Positions 32,766-44,728 are shown, numbered from the stretch's first letter. The stretch is DNA of 64,000 nt from Myxococcota bacterium (GCA_036229005.1 JAZAMN010000070.1:22267-86266), one strand, 5' to 3'. Translations and numbers: made by a program. The notes: generated by a model not told the origin, from the sequence alone.

Positions 32766-34316
32766 GTGAACAAGGACCAGCAGCTCAAGCGACTGGAGCA
32801 GATGACCGAGCAGGCCCTGGCCGGAGGCGGCGAGGCGCGGATCCAGCGCCAGCACGACGCTGGGCGCCTGACAGCCCGTGAGCGCATCGAGCAGCTCCTG
32901 GATCCGGGCACCTTCCGGGAGCTGGACCGCTTCGTCACCCACCGCTGCACCGACTTCGGGATGGACGGCAACAAGCCCCTGGGGGACGGCGTGGTGACCG
33001 GCTCCGGCCGCATCGATGGCCGGCTTGTCTACGTGTTCGCTCAGGACTTCACCGTGTTCGGCGGCTCGCTGAGCTACGCCTACGCCGAGAAGATCTGCAA
33101 GGTCATGGACCTCGCGGGCCGCAACGGTGCCCCCTTGATCGGCCTCAACGACTCAGGCGGCGCGCGCATCCAGGAGGGGGTGGCGTCCCTGGGCGGCTAT
33201 GCGGAGATCTTCCTCCGCAACACGATGTACTCGGGCGTGATCCCGCAGCTCTCCGCGATCATGGGCCCCTGCGCCGGCGGCGCGGTGTACTCCCCGGCGA
33301 TCACCGACTTCGTCGCGATGGTGGACAAGACCTCCTACATGTTCGTGACCGGTCCGGACGTCATCAAGACCGTCACCCACGAAGAGGTGACCAAGGAGCA
33401 GCTCGGCGGCGCGACCACGCACTCCAGCAAGTCCGGCGTGGCCCACTTCATGACCCCGGATGAGCCGGCCCTGCTCGCGCTGATGCGGGAGATGCTCTCC
33501 TTCATGCCCCAGAACAACATGGAGGAGGCGCCCGCCAAGGCCACGGACGATCCCAGCGATCGGAGCTGCCCGGAGCTGGACGAGCTGATCCCCGACAACG
33601 CCAACAAGCCCTACGACATCAAGGAGCTCATCACCTCCGTCGCGGACGATGGGCACTTCCTGGAGGTCCAGGGGGACTACGCCGCCAACGTGGTGATCGG
33701 GTGGATCCGCCTGGGCGGGCGCAGCGTGGGGGTGGTGGCCAACCAGCCCGCGCACCTGGCCGGCGTCCTGGACATCGACGCCTCCCTCAAGGCCGCCCGC
33801 TTCGTGCGCTTCTGCGACGCCTTCAACACCCCCCTGCTGGTCCTGGAGGACGTCCCCGGCTTCCTGCCCGGCACGGCCCAGGAGTTCGGCGGCATCATCA
33901 AGCACGGGGCCAAGCTGCTCTACGCCTTCGCCGAGGCCACCGTCCCCAAGGTCACGCTGATCACCCGCAAGGCCTACGGCGGCGCCTACTGCGTGATGAA
34001 CTCCAAGCACATCCGCGCGGACGCCAACTTCGCGTACCCCACCGCAGAGATCGCGGTGATGGGCCCGGATGGTGCGGTCAACATCATCTACCGGCGGGAG
34101 CTCGCAGCGGCGGAAGACCCCGAGGCCCTGCGGGCCGAGCTGGTCGAGGACTACCGCGAGAAGTTCGCCAACCCCTACCAGGCCGCATCCTTGGGTTACA
34201 TCGACGAGGTGATCCTGCCGCGGGACACCCGGCGCCGCCTGATCGAGACCTTCGACAGCCTGGAGAACAAGCGGGACGAAAACCCGCCGCGCAAGCACGG
34301 GAACATCCCCCTCTGA
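32766..34316 (+). CDS. pccB: Acyl-CoA (propionyl-CoA) carboxylase carboxyltransferase beta subunit
   Basis: [47 protein letters not shown]. Confidence 0.93.
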   Translation: MNKDQQLKRLEQMTEQALAGGGEARIQRQHDAGRLTARERIEQLLDPGTFRELDRFVTHRCTDFGMDGNKPLGDGVVTGSGRIDGRLVYVFAQDFTVFGGSLSYAYAEKICKVMDLAGRNGAPLIGLNDSGGARIQEGVASLGGYAEIFLRNTMYSGVIPQLSAIMGPCAGGAVYSPAITDFVAMVDKTSYMFVTGPDVIKTVTHEEVTKEQLGGATTHSSKSGVAHFMTPDEPALLALMREMLSFMPQNNMEEAPAKATDDPSDRSCPELDELIPDNANKPYDIKELITSVADDGHFLEVQGDYAANVVIGWIRLGGRSVGVVANQPAHLAGVLDIDASLKAARFVRFCDAFNTPLLVLEDVPGFLPGTAQEFGGIIKHGAKLLYAFAEATVPKVTLITRKAYGGAYCVMNSKHIRADANFAYPTAEIAVMGPDGAVNIIYRRELAAAEDPEALRAELVEDYREKFANPYQAASLGYIDEVILPRDTRRRLIETFDSLENKRDENPPRKHGNIPL

Positions 34317-34350
34317 CTCCCTCCGCTGGGCGGTGATCCTGGGCTCTTCG

Positions 34351-34377
34351 TTGACGGAAACCCAGGAATCCGATAAT
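34351..34377 (+). promoter_or_regulatory. Putative promoter of the rpsP operon
   Basis: TTGACG-N15-GATAAT; spacer is short. Confidence 0.4.
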
Positions 34378-34415
34378 CGCGCCCGGCTCAAACTTTCGAC
34401 ACCCTTGAGGTAAAC

Positions 34416-34667
34416 ATGGTTCGAATCCGACTGACCCGCATGGGCGCCAAGAAGCGGCCCTTCTACCGCGTGGTCGCAGCAGACTCGCGCTCCCCCCGCG
34501 ACGGCCGCTTCATCGAGCAGCTCGGCTACTACGACCCCATGAAGCAGCCCTTCGACCTGAAGCTCGATCTCGAGCGGGTCGACTACTGGCTCTCCAACGG
34601 CGCCCAGCCCTCCGACACCGTCGGCAACCTGATCAAGCGCGCCCGCGACGCCGCGGCCGAGGCTTGA
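34416..34667 (+). CDS. rpsP: 30S ribosomal protein S16
   Basis: [34 protein letters not shown]. Confidence 0.98.
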   Translation: MVRIRLTRMGAKKRPFYRVVAADSRSPRDGRFIEQLGYYDPMKQPFDLKLDLERVDYWLSNGAQPSDTVGNLIKRARDAAAEA

Positions 34668-34669
34668 GC

Positions 34670-34927
34670 ATGGGCGCCGAGGAGCTGGTCAACTTCCTGG
34701 TCCGTGGCCTCGTCGACAACCCCGATGACGTGGATGTCCAGCCCCTCGAGGGCGACGCATCCCTGGTGCTCGAAGTGAGCGTCAACCCTGACGACATCGA
34801 GCTCGTCGAGGGTGACGACGGCGAGACCCTCCGGCACCTCAAGGCTGTGGTCTCCGCCGCTGCCGGCAAGCGCAAGACGATCGTCGAGCTGGTGGCTGCG
34901 AGTGGCGAGGCAGAAGAGGAAGAGTAG
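34670..34927 (+). CDS. khpA: KH-domain protein KhpA with a degenerate GxxG loop
   Basis: ELVNFLVRGLVDNPDDV...VNPDD; located between rpsP and rimM; alternative TTG start at 34664. Confidence 0.85.
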   Translation: MGAEELVNFLVRGLVDNPDDVDVQPLEGDASLVLEVSVNPDDIELVEGDDGETLRHLKAVVSAAAGKRKTIVELVAASGEAEEEE

Positions 34928-35447
34928 CGCCGCGAGGGAAGGCGAGCTGTCCTTTGGGCAGGTCGTCGGCTCTTTCGGCGTCAAGGGCGAGCTGCGGGTG
35001 CATCTGCACAACCGCAGCAGCACCTTGCTGCACTCTGGCGCACAGGTCGTGCTCGCTTCCCCTGGTGGGGAGCGGCGCACTGTCCAACTGCGCACCCGAC
35101 CCGGCGCGAAAGGGCGTGTCCTCGCCAGGATCACAGGCGTTGAGACCCCCGAAGCCGCGGTCGCTTTCCTGGACTGGGAGATCCTGGTCCCCGAAGATCT
35201 CCTCCCACCGCTTCGGGAAGGGGAGTTCTACCACCGTGACATCCTCCGATCCGCAGTCGAGGACACCACGGGCCGCGATCTCGGCAAGGTGATCGAGATC
35301 CACGACAACGGTCCGGTGGAGATCTGGGTCCTGGAGCTGCCCTCCGGCGAGCAGGCCTACTTCCCGGTCCTGCTGGACAAGCTGGTAGAGGTCGACCCCA
35401 AGGCCCGCCGCATCGTCCTCGCCGAAGGGAGCATCGCTTGCGGATAG
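34902..35447 (+). CDS. rimM: Ribosome maturation factor RimM
   Basis: [29 protein letters not shown]; start uncertain. Confidence 0.9.
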   Translation: MARQKRKSSAAREGELSFGQVVGSFGVKGELRVHLHNRSSTLLHSGAQVVLASPGGERRTVQLRTRPGAKGRVLARITGVETPEAAVAFLDWEILVPEDLLPPLREGEFYHRDILRSAVEDTTGRDLGKVIEIHDNGPVEIWVLELPSGEQAYFPVLLDKLVEVDPKARRIVLAEGSIACG

Positions 35448-36130
35448 ACCTTCTGACCCTGCACCCCGAGCTGGTGCGCTCTCCGCTGGACAACAGCATC
35501 CTCAAGCGCGCCCAGGACGCCGGCGTGGTCGAGGTGGGCGTGCACGACATCCGGGAGCACGCGCCCGGCAAGCACCGGCAGTGCGACGACTCGCCCTATG
35601 GCGGCGGCGCCGGCATGGTGATGAAGGTGGACGTTGTGGACGCCGCCCTGGAGTCCATCCGCCGGCCGGAGAGCTGCGTGTTGCTCATGAGCCCCGCGGG
35701 AGAGCCCTTCAAGCAGGCGCTCGCCCAGGAGCTCAGCGAGCACGAGCACCTGATCCTGCTCTGCGGTCACTACGAGGGCATCGACGCCCGGATCGAGCAG
35801 GTCGTGGACCGCGAGGTCTCCATCGGGGACTTCGTGCTGACCGGCGGGGAGCTCGCCGCCTTGGTGATCGTGGACGCGGTCACGCGCCTGCGTCCGGGAG
35901 CCCTCGGGAACGCCAACTCAGCCGAGGATGAGTCCTTCTCGGAGGGGCTGCTGGAGTACCCCCAGTACACCCGTCCGCGCGTCTACAAGGGCATGGAGGT
36001 GCCGGAGGTCCTGCTCTCCGGCAACCACGCCCGGATCGACCGCTGGCGCCACGAGCAGGCCCTGGAGCGCACCCAGGACCGGCGCCCCGATCTGCTCGCT
36101 CCCCCCCGGAAGGTGGGGGAGGGCGATTGA
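35438..36130 (+). CDS. trmD: tRNA (guanine-N1)-methyltransferase
   Basis: [41 protein letters not shown]. Confidence 0.97.
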   Translation: MRIDLLTLHPELVRSPLDNSILKRAQDAGVVEVGVHDIREHAPGKHRQCDDSPYGGGAGMVMKVDVVDAALESIRRPESCVLLMSPAGEPFKQALAQELSEHEHLILLCGHYEGIDARIEQVVDREVSIGDFVLTGGELAALVIVDAVTRLRPGALGNANSAEDESFSEGLLEYPQYTRPRVYKGMEVPEVLLSGNHARIDRWRHEQALERTQDRRPDLLAPPRKVGEGD

Positions 36131-36243
36131 TGCTTGCCCACCGGGCGTCGCTGCGATAGTCGCGGGTGTCCGCGGCCAGAAGGGCGCCCCGAATCCAATC
36201 GGGTCGAAGGTCCCTGGGCCCACACTACCGGAGTTTTTTCGCC

Positions 36244-36606
36244 ATGGCGAACCTGCAGCAGATCGAGAAGTCGCTCGTTGAGCAGAAGGATGACGGCATC
36301 AAGATCGGAGATACCGTGCGCGTGCACGTGCGTATCCTCGACGGTGCAAAGGAGCGCATCCAGGTCTTCCAGGGCACTGTGATTGCCCGCAAGCACGCTG
36401 GCGTGCGCGAGACCATCACCGTCCGCAAGATCTCCAACGGCGTCGGCGTGGAGCGTATCTTCCCCCTCCACGCTCCCGTGATCTCCAAGATCGAGGTCAA
36501 GAGCCGCCACTACGTGCGTCGCGCCAAGCTCTACTACCTCCGCGAGCTGCGCGGCAAGAAGGCCCGTCTGCGCGAGATCAAGGACTTCTACTCCAAGAAG
36601 TCCTGA
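36244..36606 (+). CDS. rplS: 50S ribosomal protein L19
   Basis: [28 protein letters not shown]. Confidence 0.98.
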   Translation: MANLQQIEKSLVEQKDDGIKIGDTVRVHVRILDGAKERIQVFQGTVIARKHAGVRETITVRKISNGVGVERIFPLHAPVISKIEVKSRHYVRRAKLYYLRELRGKKARLREIKDFYSKKS

Positions 36607-36612
36607 GCCCCT

Positions 36613-36981
36613 GTGGCTGGACTCCGCGCCAAGCGCGCTGCTCTCCAGAGCGGCGCCGACGCGGAGTCCGCCGTGGCTCGACTCCTCCAAGCCAACGGCT
36701 GGGAGGTCCTGGAGCGCAACTGGCGCGGCGGGAACGGTGAGCTGGATCTCATCGTTCGCGACCGTGCGCGCCTGCGCTTGGTCGAAGTGAAGCTCCGGCA
36801 GCCGGACGATCCGGTCGGCCTGGAGGCGATCGACGGCCGCAAGCTCAAGAAGCTCAGCCGCGCCGGCGAGGCCTGGTTGCAGGACTACGACGGCCCTGTG
36901 GACGAGGTCTGCTGGCTCGTGGCTTTGGTCCATCCTGGGGCCGAGGGCTACCGCATCCAACTCTTCGACGACCCGGTCTGA
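36613..36981 (+). CDS. yraN: YraN family PD-(D/E)XK protein
   Basis: LERNWR, GELDLIV, VEVK. Confidence 0.88.
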   Translation: MAGLRAKRAALQSGADAESAVARLLQANGWEVLERNWRGGNGELDLIVRDRARLRLVEVKLRQPDDPVGLEAIDGRKLKKLSRAGEAWLQDYDGPVDEVCWLVALVHPGAEGYRIQLFDDPV

Positions 36982-36982
36982 G

Positions 36983-37804
36983 ATGCCCCTGTCAGTGCTC
37001 GCGACGCCCATCGGCAACCTGGGGGATCTCTCCCCGCGGTCTCGGCAGGCCCTGCAGGAGGCGGACTTCATCGCCGCGGAGGACACCCGGGTCACCCGCA
37101 AGCTGCTCACGGCGCTGGAGATCTCGGCCCCGGAGCTGATCTCGTACCGCGGCCACGACGAAGCACGCCGAGCCATCCCCTTGGTCGAGCGCCTCGCGAC
37201 GGGGGAGAAGGGCGTACTGGTGAGCGACGCAGGGAGCCCTGGGGTCTCGGACCCTGGCCGCTTCCTGGTGGCCGCCTGCCACGCCGAGGGCATCCCGGTC
37301 CACGCCCTCGCAGGCCCCAGCGCGGTGGCAGCAGCGATCAGCGTGAGCGGGCTGCCAGCGGTCCCCTTCCACTTTGTTGGCTTCTCGCCGCGCAAGCCTG
37401 GGCCGCTGCGCCGCTGGCTGGTGGAGCAGGGACAGTTGCCGGGGGCCTTCGTGATCTACGAGGCGCCGTCTCGGACCATCGCGACCCTGGAGATGATCGC
37501 CTCGCTGATGCCTGACCGTCAGGTCTGCCTGTGCAGGGAGCTCACCAAGCTGCATGAAGAGGTGAGGCTCGGATCTGCAACAGAGCTTGTAGCCCACCTC
37601 TCTGAGCGGGAGAAGGTGCGCGGAGAGGTCGCGCTGGTCGTTGGCCCCGGCGAGGCCCCCAGCCTGCAGACCCAGCAGAGTGAAGCCGATGCGGGCTCCC
37701 TCAAGTCGGTGGCTGCGGCCCTGGCGGAGCGTTGGGGTGTGCCGCGCAGGGAGGCCTACCAGGCGCTGCTCAAGTTGGAGCGGGAGCTCAGCGGAAGAGG
37801 ATGA
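36983..37804 (+). CDS. rsmI: 16S rRNA C1402 2'-O-methyltransferase
   Basis: ATPIGNLGD, AAEDTR, VSDAGSPGVSDPG, RELTKLHEE. Confidence 0.95.
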   Translation: MPLSVLATPIGNLGDLSPRSRQALQEADFIAAEDTRVTRKLLTALEISAPELISYRGHDEARRAIPLVERLATGEKGVLVSDAGSPGVSDPGRFLVAACHAEGIPVHALAGPSAVAAAISVSGLPAVPFHFVGFSPRKPGPLRRWLVEQGQLPGAFVIYEAPSRTIATLEMIASLMPDRQVCLCRELTKLHEEVRLGSATELVAHLSEREKVRGEVALVVGPGEAPSLQTQQSEADAGSLKSVAAALAERWGVPRREAYQALLKLERELSGRG

Positions 37805-38825
37805 CCAGGTCCGCGCGGGCGTCGAAGCGCACCGTGTTCGAGCCGGTCTGCACCAGGTAGGGGTGCTCCAGTTGCGTGGGGAACACGTAGCTGGCGTCCG
37901 CCACGGTCTCGAGCTTGAGGTACTCAAAGATGCGCCAGTAGATGCCGATGCCGGCGATGGCGCGGCTCTGCTCCCCCATGGTGGACAGAGTGCCCTGGGA
38001 CGTGGACAGCACCGAGGGCAGGTACAGCCCGCTGGGGAGGTCGCCCCAGGACTGGTAGGCGTAGCCCAGGCGGAAGTCCACCGCGAACTCGGCGTGGGTG
38101 ACCGGGTCTGCGAAGGTGTGTACCTCGATGCCGCTCATGACGGTCAACGAGTCGGGGTTGATGACCGTCGCCGAGACCTCGGCGCCGGTGGCGTCGTTGA
38201 GGATGACGTCGGTGTCGCCCTGGCGCAGGTAGGTGGCCTCGATCCAGGGCTGGCTCTGGCCGAGCTTCTTGGAGAAGCCGCTGCGGAGTCGGAGGGCTGA
38301 GGAGCCGGTGCCCGCGCCGCGCTCGCCGCCTGAGGTGTCGTAGAAGTGCGTGCCGTCCGGGGTGCGGAAGCTCACGTCCAGAAGCCAGTTTGCGCGGTTT
38401 CCTCGCTCGGGGAGCTGCTCCCAGGAGAAGGGGGCGACCTGCGCGCCCAGCCAGACGCCGGAGAGGCCGGAGCCGGTCACCGGGTCGGTGCTCAGATCGC
38501 TGCCGGTGCGCATCGAGCCCTTGCCCAGAGTGGGGTCGAAGGCCATGGACTGGGCGTCCGTCCAGCCCACGGACTGCTGGACCGAGATGGGGAACTCCAG
38601 GGTCACGGCGGTCATGGGGGCCACGCCGAAGCTGCCGCCCACGTGGATGCGGTGATCCTGGGTGGTCAGTCGCCCGACGGCGACCTCTTCTCCGCCCACA
38701 GGCTCGATCATCGAGCCGGTCTGGTAGTTCATCCGGTAGCCCACCCAGGCGTCACCGCGCAGGAAGGGGGGCAGGTCGGTGGGTTCAGCGGCCTGGGCGG
38801 TCGCCATCAGCAGGGTGAGCAGCAT
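37788..38825 (-). CDS. Secreted protein, probable outer-membrane beta-barrel
   Basis: Short signal peptide MLLTLLMATAQA; alternating beta-strand pattern; C-terminal FDARADLVILFR. Confidence 0.6.
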   Translation of the reverse strand: MLLTLLMATAQAAEPTDLPPFLRGDAWVGYRMNYQTGSMIEPVGGEEVAVGRLTTQDHRIHVGGSFGVAPMTAVTLEFPISVQQSVGWTDAQSMAFDPTLGKGSMRTGSDLSTDPVTGSGLSGVWLGAQVAPFSWEQLPERGNRANWLLDVSFRTPDGTHFYDTSGGERGAGTGSSALRLRSGFSKKLGQSQPWIEATYLRQGDTDVILNDATGAEVSATVINPDSLTVMSGIEVHTFADPVTHAEFAVDFRLGYAYQSWGDLPSGLYLPSVLSTSQGTLSTMGEQSRAIAGIGIYWRIFEYLKLETVADASYVFPTQLEHPYLVQTGSNTVRFDARADLVILFR

Positions 38826-38867
38826 GCACAGAGCGTACGGCGGGCGGTCCCGAGGGGCAAGGGGGCG

Positions 38868-40232
<1,365 letters not shown>

Positions 40233-40367
40233 GTCAGGGGGCTAACCCGACGGCCCGGTGGCGGGGCGGGCATCTCTTGCCCTGCCTTTACATCACCCGC
40301 GCGACATCGAATACACTCCGGCATCGATGCGTTGTGGCTCTCGTCACGACCCCCGCTTGGAGATCTC

Positions 40368-40928
40368 ATGCGCAAGCTCGCTACCGCCCTCGTCCTGGCC
40401 GCCTCTGGTGTGGCCCTCTTCGCCTCCGCGCCGGCCGTGGACGCTGCAGACAACAAGGCGGCCGACTTCACCCTCCGGGACATCCAGAACCAGGAGGTCA
40501 GCCTCAAGGACCAGGAAGGCAAGGTCACGCTGGTCTCCTTCTGGGCCACCTGGTGCGCCCCCTGCATCGCTGAGCTCCACCACGTCCAGAAGCTCTACGC
40601 CGAATACGAGGACGAGGGCTTCCAGGTGCTGGCGGTGTCCATCGACGATGCCCGCTCCGCGTCCAAGGTCAAGCCGACCGTCAAGTCCAAGGGCTGGGGC
40701 TTCCCGGTGCTGCTGGACAAGCAGACCACCGTGGTCAATCAGTACTACCCCTCCAAGGCCATCCCCTACAGCGAGCTGCTCTCGCCCACCGGCGAGAGCA
40801 TCTGGAAGCACGCCAGCTACACCGCTGGAGATGAGTGCGAGCTGGCGCACAAGGTCATCGAGGCCCTGACCGCGCTCAACGGGAAGGCCCCTGAGAAGGA
40901 CATGGCCGCCGAACTCTGCAACGAGTAG
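40368..40928 (+). CDS. TlpA-family thiol-disulfide oxidoreductase
   Basis: Signal peptide; DFTLRD, FWATWCAPC, AVSID; SD GGAG. Confidence 0.92.
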   Translation: MRKLATALVLAASGVALFASAPAVDAADNKAADFTLRDIQNQEVSLKDQEGKVTLVSFWATWCAPCIAELHHVQKLYAEYEDEGFQVLAVSIDDARSASKVKPTVKSKGWGFPVLLDKQTTVVNQYYPSKAIPYSELLSPTGESIWKHASYTAGDECELAHKVIEALTALNGKAPEKDMAAELCNE

Positions 40929-40941
40929 CCAGGGAAGCGCT

Positions 40942-42624
40942 GTGATCCTCTCGCTCTGTCTGACCTGGGTGGCCCCGGCTGCCGCCCAGGAGGCCTCGTC
41001 CAGCCCCTTGTCCCAGGTCAACGTGACGGGGAGCTTCGACAGCGAGGGGCGCTACTACTTCTCGGACCGAGTGCTCTCGGACTTCCCCGATGAGAGCGGC
41101 GTCTTCAACTACATGGAGCTCGTGAGCCGCAGCAACCTGCTTGCCGACGCGGACGCCTACCAGCTCGGGATCCAGCTCGACCACGTGTCGATGGTCAACG
41201 CCTGGTACTACCTGGACGACGTCCGCACCTACGAGCTCGATCTGCTGGAGGCGGGCGTGATCTCCCCCTGGGAGATGACCCTGGTGAACCTCGAGAAGGC
41301 CTGGTTCACCGCCGATCTGGGGCCGGTCGAGGTGACTGTCGGTGACTCCTACATGAGCGTGGGGCGCGGGCTGGCCCTCAACCTCATCAAGAACACCCAG
41401 ATCGACGTCGACACCTCGCTGCGGGGCATCAAGGCGGAGTCCTCGCTGGGGGCCTGGGACCTCTCGGTGGTCACCGGCCTGACCAACCAGCAGCAGATCA
41501 TGCAGGACAACCCCAACCGCCTGATCCGCGCCAACCGGTCCAACCTGGTCAACGCGGTCCGGGTGGATCGCTACGGGCTCGGCCCGGTGAATGTGGGCGC
41601 GCACGGCGTGGTCTACAACTTCACCGAGGCGGTGGAGGGACCGGTTGAGGGCTTCCAGCGCTACGGGGAGCTGGGCGATCCCGATGCCCTCGTCGGTGGA
41701 GTGGGTGCCGAGGCGTTCCTGGGGCCCGTGGATCTCTTCGTTGAGGGCGACTGGTTCCAGTACCGGGATCCCGTCCTCTTTGGTGGAGAGGAGGTGGAGC
41801 CGGGCTACGCGGTCTACGGCACGGCCGCGTTCTATCCGGGGCGCTTCGCGGTGCTGGTCGAGGGCAAGCGCTACAAGGACACCGAGCGCCTGAACACCCT
41901 GACCTCCCTGCAGGGCTACGAGATCGCGACCGGGCCCTCGCTGGAGTACGAGCGCGTGATCACCGAGGACTCCTCGGCGGCCGTGAACTCCAACGACATC
42001 TACGGCGGCCGGGTGCGCGCGGACTTCATGGCCAAGCCGGGCGTGTTCATCCCCTACATCGACGTGGGGGTGTTCCGGGACCAGGAGCTGGGCGGCCTGC
42101 ACTTCAACCGCAGCCCCGAGACCATCGTGCACCCCGTGGTGGGCATGGATCTGCAGGGCGACCACGTCACGGCGCTGGTCAACGCGGGCTACCGCACCGA
42201 CATCCGCGATGAGCACGGGCGGGACCAGCTTGTGCACCTGGACGCGGCGCTCTCCTTCCCGCTGCCCGGCGAGCTGCACGGCGACGCCACCTGGGACATC
42301 TACCACTTCTGGTGGGGCGAGAACGCCAACCAGCAGCACGACTTCTACACCAGCACCCTGGCCCTGGCCGCGCACCACCCCAGCGGCGTGTCGGCCATCC
42401 TGTACAACGACTTCACCAACGATCCGCTGGCGCAGTCGCAGGCCAAGGGCAACATCACCGACGACATCTACATGGCCGGTGAGCTGCAGTACATGCCCAA
42501 CGACCGCACGCAGATCCGCGTGTTCTATGGCGCCTACAAGGCCGGCATCCGCTGCGCCGGTGGACAGTGCCGCCTGCTGCCTGCGTTCGAGGGCGCCCGG
42601 GTCGCAGTGACCACCAGCTTCTGA
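40942..42624 (+). CDS. Outer-membrane beta-barrel, DUF6029-like
   Basis: Signal peptide; VGDSYMSVGRGLALN, DTSLRG; C-terminal GIRCAGGQCRLLPAFEGARVAVTTSF. Confidence 0.7.
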   Translation: MILSLCLTWVAPAAAQEASSSPLSQVNVTGSFDSEGRYYFSDRVLSDFPDESGVFNYMELVSRSNLLADADAYQLGIQLDHVSMVNAWYYLDDVRTYELDLLEAGVISPWEMTLVNLEKAWFTADLGPVEVTVGDSYMSVGRGLALNLIKNTQIDVDTSLRGIKAESSLGAWDLSVVTGLTNQQQIMQDNPNRLIRANRSNLVNAVRVDRYGLGPVNVGAHGVVYNFTEAVEGPVEGFQRYGELGDPDALVGGVGAEAFLGPVDLFVEGDWFQYRDPVLFGGEEVEPGYAVYGTAAFYPGRFAVLVEGKRYKDTERLNTLTSLQGYEIATGPSLEYERVITEDSSAAVNSNDIYGGRVRADFMAKPGVFIPYIDVGVFRDQELGGLHFNRSPETIVHPVVGMDLQGDHVTALVNAGYRTDIRDEHGRDQLVHLDAALSFPLPGELHGDATWDIYHFWWGENANQQHDFYTSTLALAAHHPSGVSAILYNDFTNDPLAQSQAKGNITDDIYMAGELQYMPNDRTQIRVFYGAYKAGIRCAGGQCRLLPAFEGARVAVTTSF

Positions 42625-42729
42625 GCGGGGAATCCTTCGCCCGCCTTGCGGGTCACCCGCTTGCCACATGCAATTCGCCCCCGCAGGCCATACCCTTGTT
42701 CGCCGCGGACCCCCACTGGAGAAGACTTG

Positions 42730-43671
42730 ATGCGCGCTCGCCCCTTTGTGACCACCGTCGCCCTCACCCTCGGCCTGGTCAGCCTGCCGGCATTCGCTGG
42801 CGTCGTGAAGATCGTCGGTGCCACCTCCTCCAGCATCTACCCCGAGGGCGACGGCGTCCGGTACACCCCCGAGCAGTCCTACGACCACAAGGTCTCCGCG
42901 AACTGGACCGAGGGCGATGAGTCGGGCTCCGGCCTGGGCGAGTGGGTGCAGGTGGACTTTGACGGCGAGACCAACCTGACCGCCTTCCGCATCTGGAACG
43001 GCACCTTCACGTCCTACGACATGTGGAACCGCTCCAACCGCATCAAGGACCTGGAGATCGAGTTCTCCGACGGCTCCAAGCAGACCTTCACGCTCACCGA
43101 CGAGATGAAGAGCGAGTACATCGAGCTCAAGCCGGTCAAGGCGAGCTGGGCCAAGCTGCGCATCAAGTCGGTGTACTCCGGCACCACCTTCACCGACACG
43201 GCGGTGTCCGAGGTCGTGTTCTACGACGACGCGGACTCCGGCGAGGCCACCGTCAAGAGCTGGAAGGCCAGCAGCGTCTACGCGGCCGACGCCGACGGCA
43301 ACTACGAGCCCACCAACATGCAGGACACCGCGGTGGACACCATGTGGTGCGAGGGCGACAAGGCCGGCGACGGTGTGGGGGAGTGGGTGGAGGCGACCTT
43401 CGACGCGCCGACCCAGATCTCCAGCCTCAAGCTGGTCAACGGCAACGGCTACAACATCATGTACGCCATGAAGGGCAACCTCGCGACCGAGCTGACCCTG
43501 ACCTTCTCCGACGGCTCCACGCAGACCGTCGCGGTCAAGCCCAGCGGGATCCCCCAGAGCGTCTCCTTCCAGCCGGTGACCACCTCGTCCGTCAAGGTCC
43601 AGGTGAACACCATCCGCAAGGGCAAGGAGTTCAACGACCTGTGCTTCTCGGAGCTGCACTTCGTGAAGTAG
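42730..43671 (+). CDS. Secreted protein with two discoidin-like (NADase-type glycan-binding) domains
   Basis: Internal duplication: WTEGD..GLGEWV..NG..FSDGS and WCEGD..GVGEWV..NG..FSDGS. Confidence 0.75.
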   Translation: MRARPFVTTVALTLGLVSLPAFAGVVKIVGATSSSIYPEGDGVRYTPEQSYDHKVSANWTEGDESGSGLGEWVQVDFDGETNLTAFRIWNGTFTSYDMWNRSNRIKDLEIEFSDGSKQTFTLTDEMKSEYIELKPVKASWAKLRIKSVYSGTTFTDTAVSEVVFYDDADSGEATVKSWKASSVYAADADGNYEPTNMQDTAVDTMWCEGDKAGDGVGEWVEATFDAPTQISSLKLVNGNGYNIMYAMKGNLATELTLTFSDGSTQTVAVKPSGIPQSVSFQPVTTSSVKVQVNTIRKGKEFNDLCFSELHFVK

Positions 43672-43702
43672 TCTGTGCGGGGGGGGCCCGCTGGATGTCG
43701 CC

Positions 43703-44695
43703 ATGTTGTTCCTCACCTCCCTTCTGCTCGCCTGCACGCCGGACAATGAGATCCAGCGCCGCAGCCACACGGACGTGTTCGCCCAGGAGCCCCTGTCCGA
43801 GGTGGACATCCTGTGGGTCATCGACGACTCCAACTCGATGGCCGAGGAGCAGCTCCGCGTGGCGGATGGGTTCGAGGCCTTCATCCAGAACCTCGCGGAG
43901 ACCAACATCGACTTCCACGTGGGGGTGATCTCCACGGACATGGACATCGACAACCCCAACCGCGGGGTGCTCCTGGGCGACCCGCACTACCTGACCATCG
44001 ACACGCCGAATTACGTGAACAAGTTCGCCAATCGGGTGCAGGTGGGGACCGAGGGCTCGGACAAGGAGAAGGGGATCTCCGCCAGCGTCGCAGCGCTCTC
44101 CGAGCCGCTGGTGTCCGGCGTCAACGAGGGCTTCCTGCGCGAGGACGCCCACCTGAGCATCATCTATGTCAGCGACGAGGACGACTGCTCCGACAACGAC
44201 GCGCTCGCCGGGGAGTCCGCGGAGGCCTGCTACTCCCAGGAGGGCAAGCTGGTCGCGGTGAAGGACCTGATCTACGAGCTCAAGGGCACCAAGGATCCCG
44301 ACCGCCGGGTGCTCGCCAGCGCGATCGTCGGCCCCGAGGCCGGCCAGGGCTGCGCGGACTCCTGGCCCGGACACCGCTACCAGGGCGTCTCCGAGCAGCT
44401 CGGCGGGCAGGTCCACAACATCTGTGAGGGCGACTTCTCCGCCATCATGGAGGAGCTGGGCCTGGCGGTCTCCGAGCTCAACCGCAGCTTCCAGCTCTCC
44501 TACACGCCCGTGCTGGAGACCATGGAGGTCGTGGTCGAGAACGAGCTGATCGACCAGGACGACGTGGACGGCTGGTCCTACGACGACCAGGCCAGCCTGC
44601 TGGTGTTCGCCGGGGACTACGTGCCGCCGCGCGGTGCGCAGATCCAGGTCACCTACGAGGTCGCCGGGGCCGCCGCGGATCCCGAGGACGAGTAG
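43703..44695 (+). CDS. vWA-domain lipoprotein
   Basis: MLFLTSLLLAC; MIDAS-like DILWVIDDSNSM; VISTD; FLREDAHLSIIYVSDEDDCS. Confidence 0.8.
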   Translation: MLFLTSLLLACTPDNEIQRRSHTDVFAQEPLSEVDILWVIDDSNSMAEEQLRVADGFEAFIQNLAETNIDFHVGVISTDMDIDNPNRGVLLGDPHYLTIDTPNYVNKFANRVQVGTEGSDKEKGISASVAALSEPLVSGVNEGFLREDAHLSIIYVSDEDDCSDNDALAGESAEACYSQEGKLVAVKDLIYELKGTKDPDRRVLASAIVGPEAGQGCADSWPGHRYQGVSEQLGGQVHNICEGDFSAIMEELGLAVSELNRSFQLSYTPVLETMEVVVENELIDQDDVDGWSYDDQASLLVFAGDYVPPRGAQIQVTYEVAGAAADPEDE

Positions 44696-44728
44696 GGGCG
44701 TCTGCCTCAGCGTGTCCTCGCTGGTGGA

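Noticed and set aside
40266..40281. GGGCATCTCTTGC as a sigma54 site next to the NtrC-type gene
   Set aside because: Spacing is 8-9 nt; it is better explained as part of a hairpin
40368..40928. Selenocysteine recoding in the TlpA redoxin
   Set aside because: Both active-site residues are TGC and the ORF ends in TAG; there is no in-frame TGA
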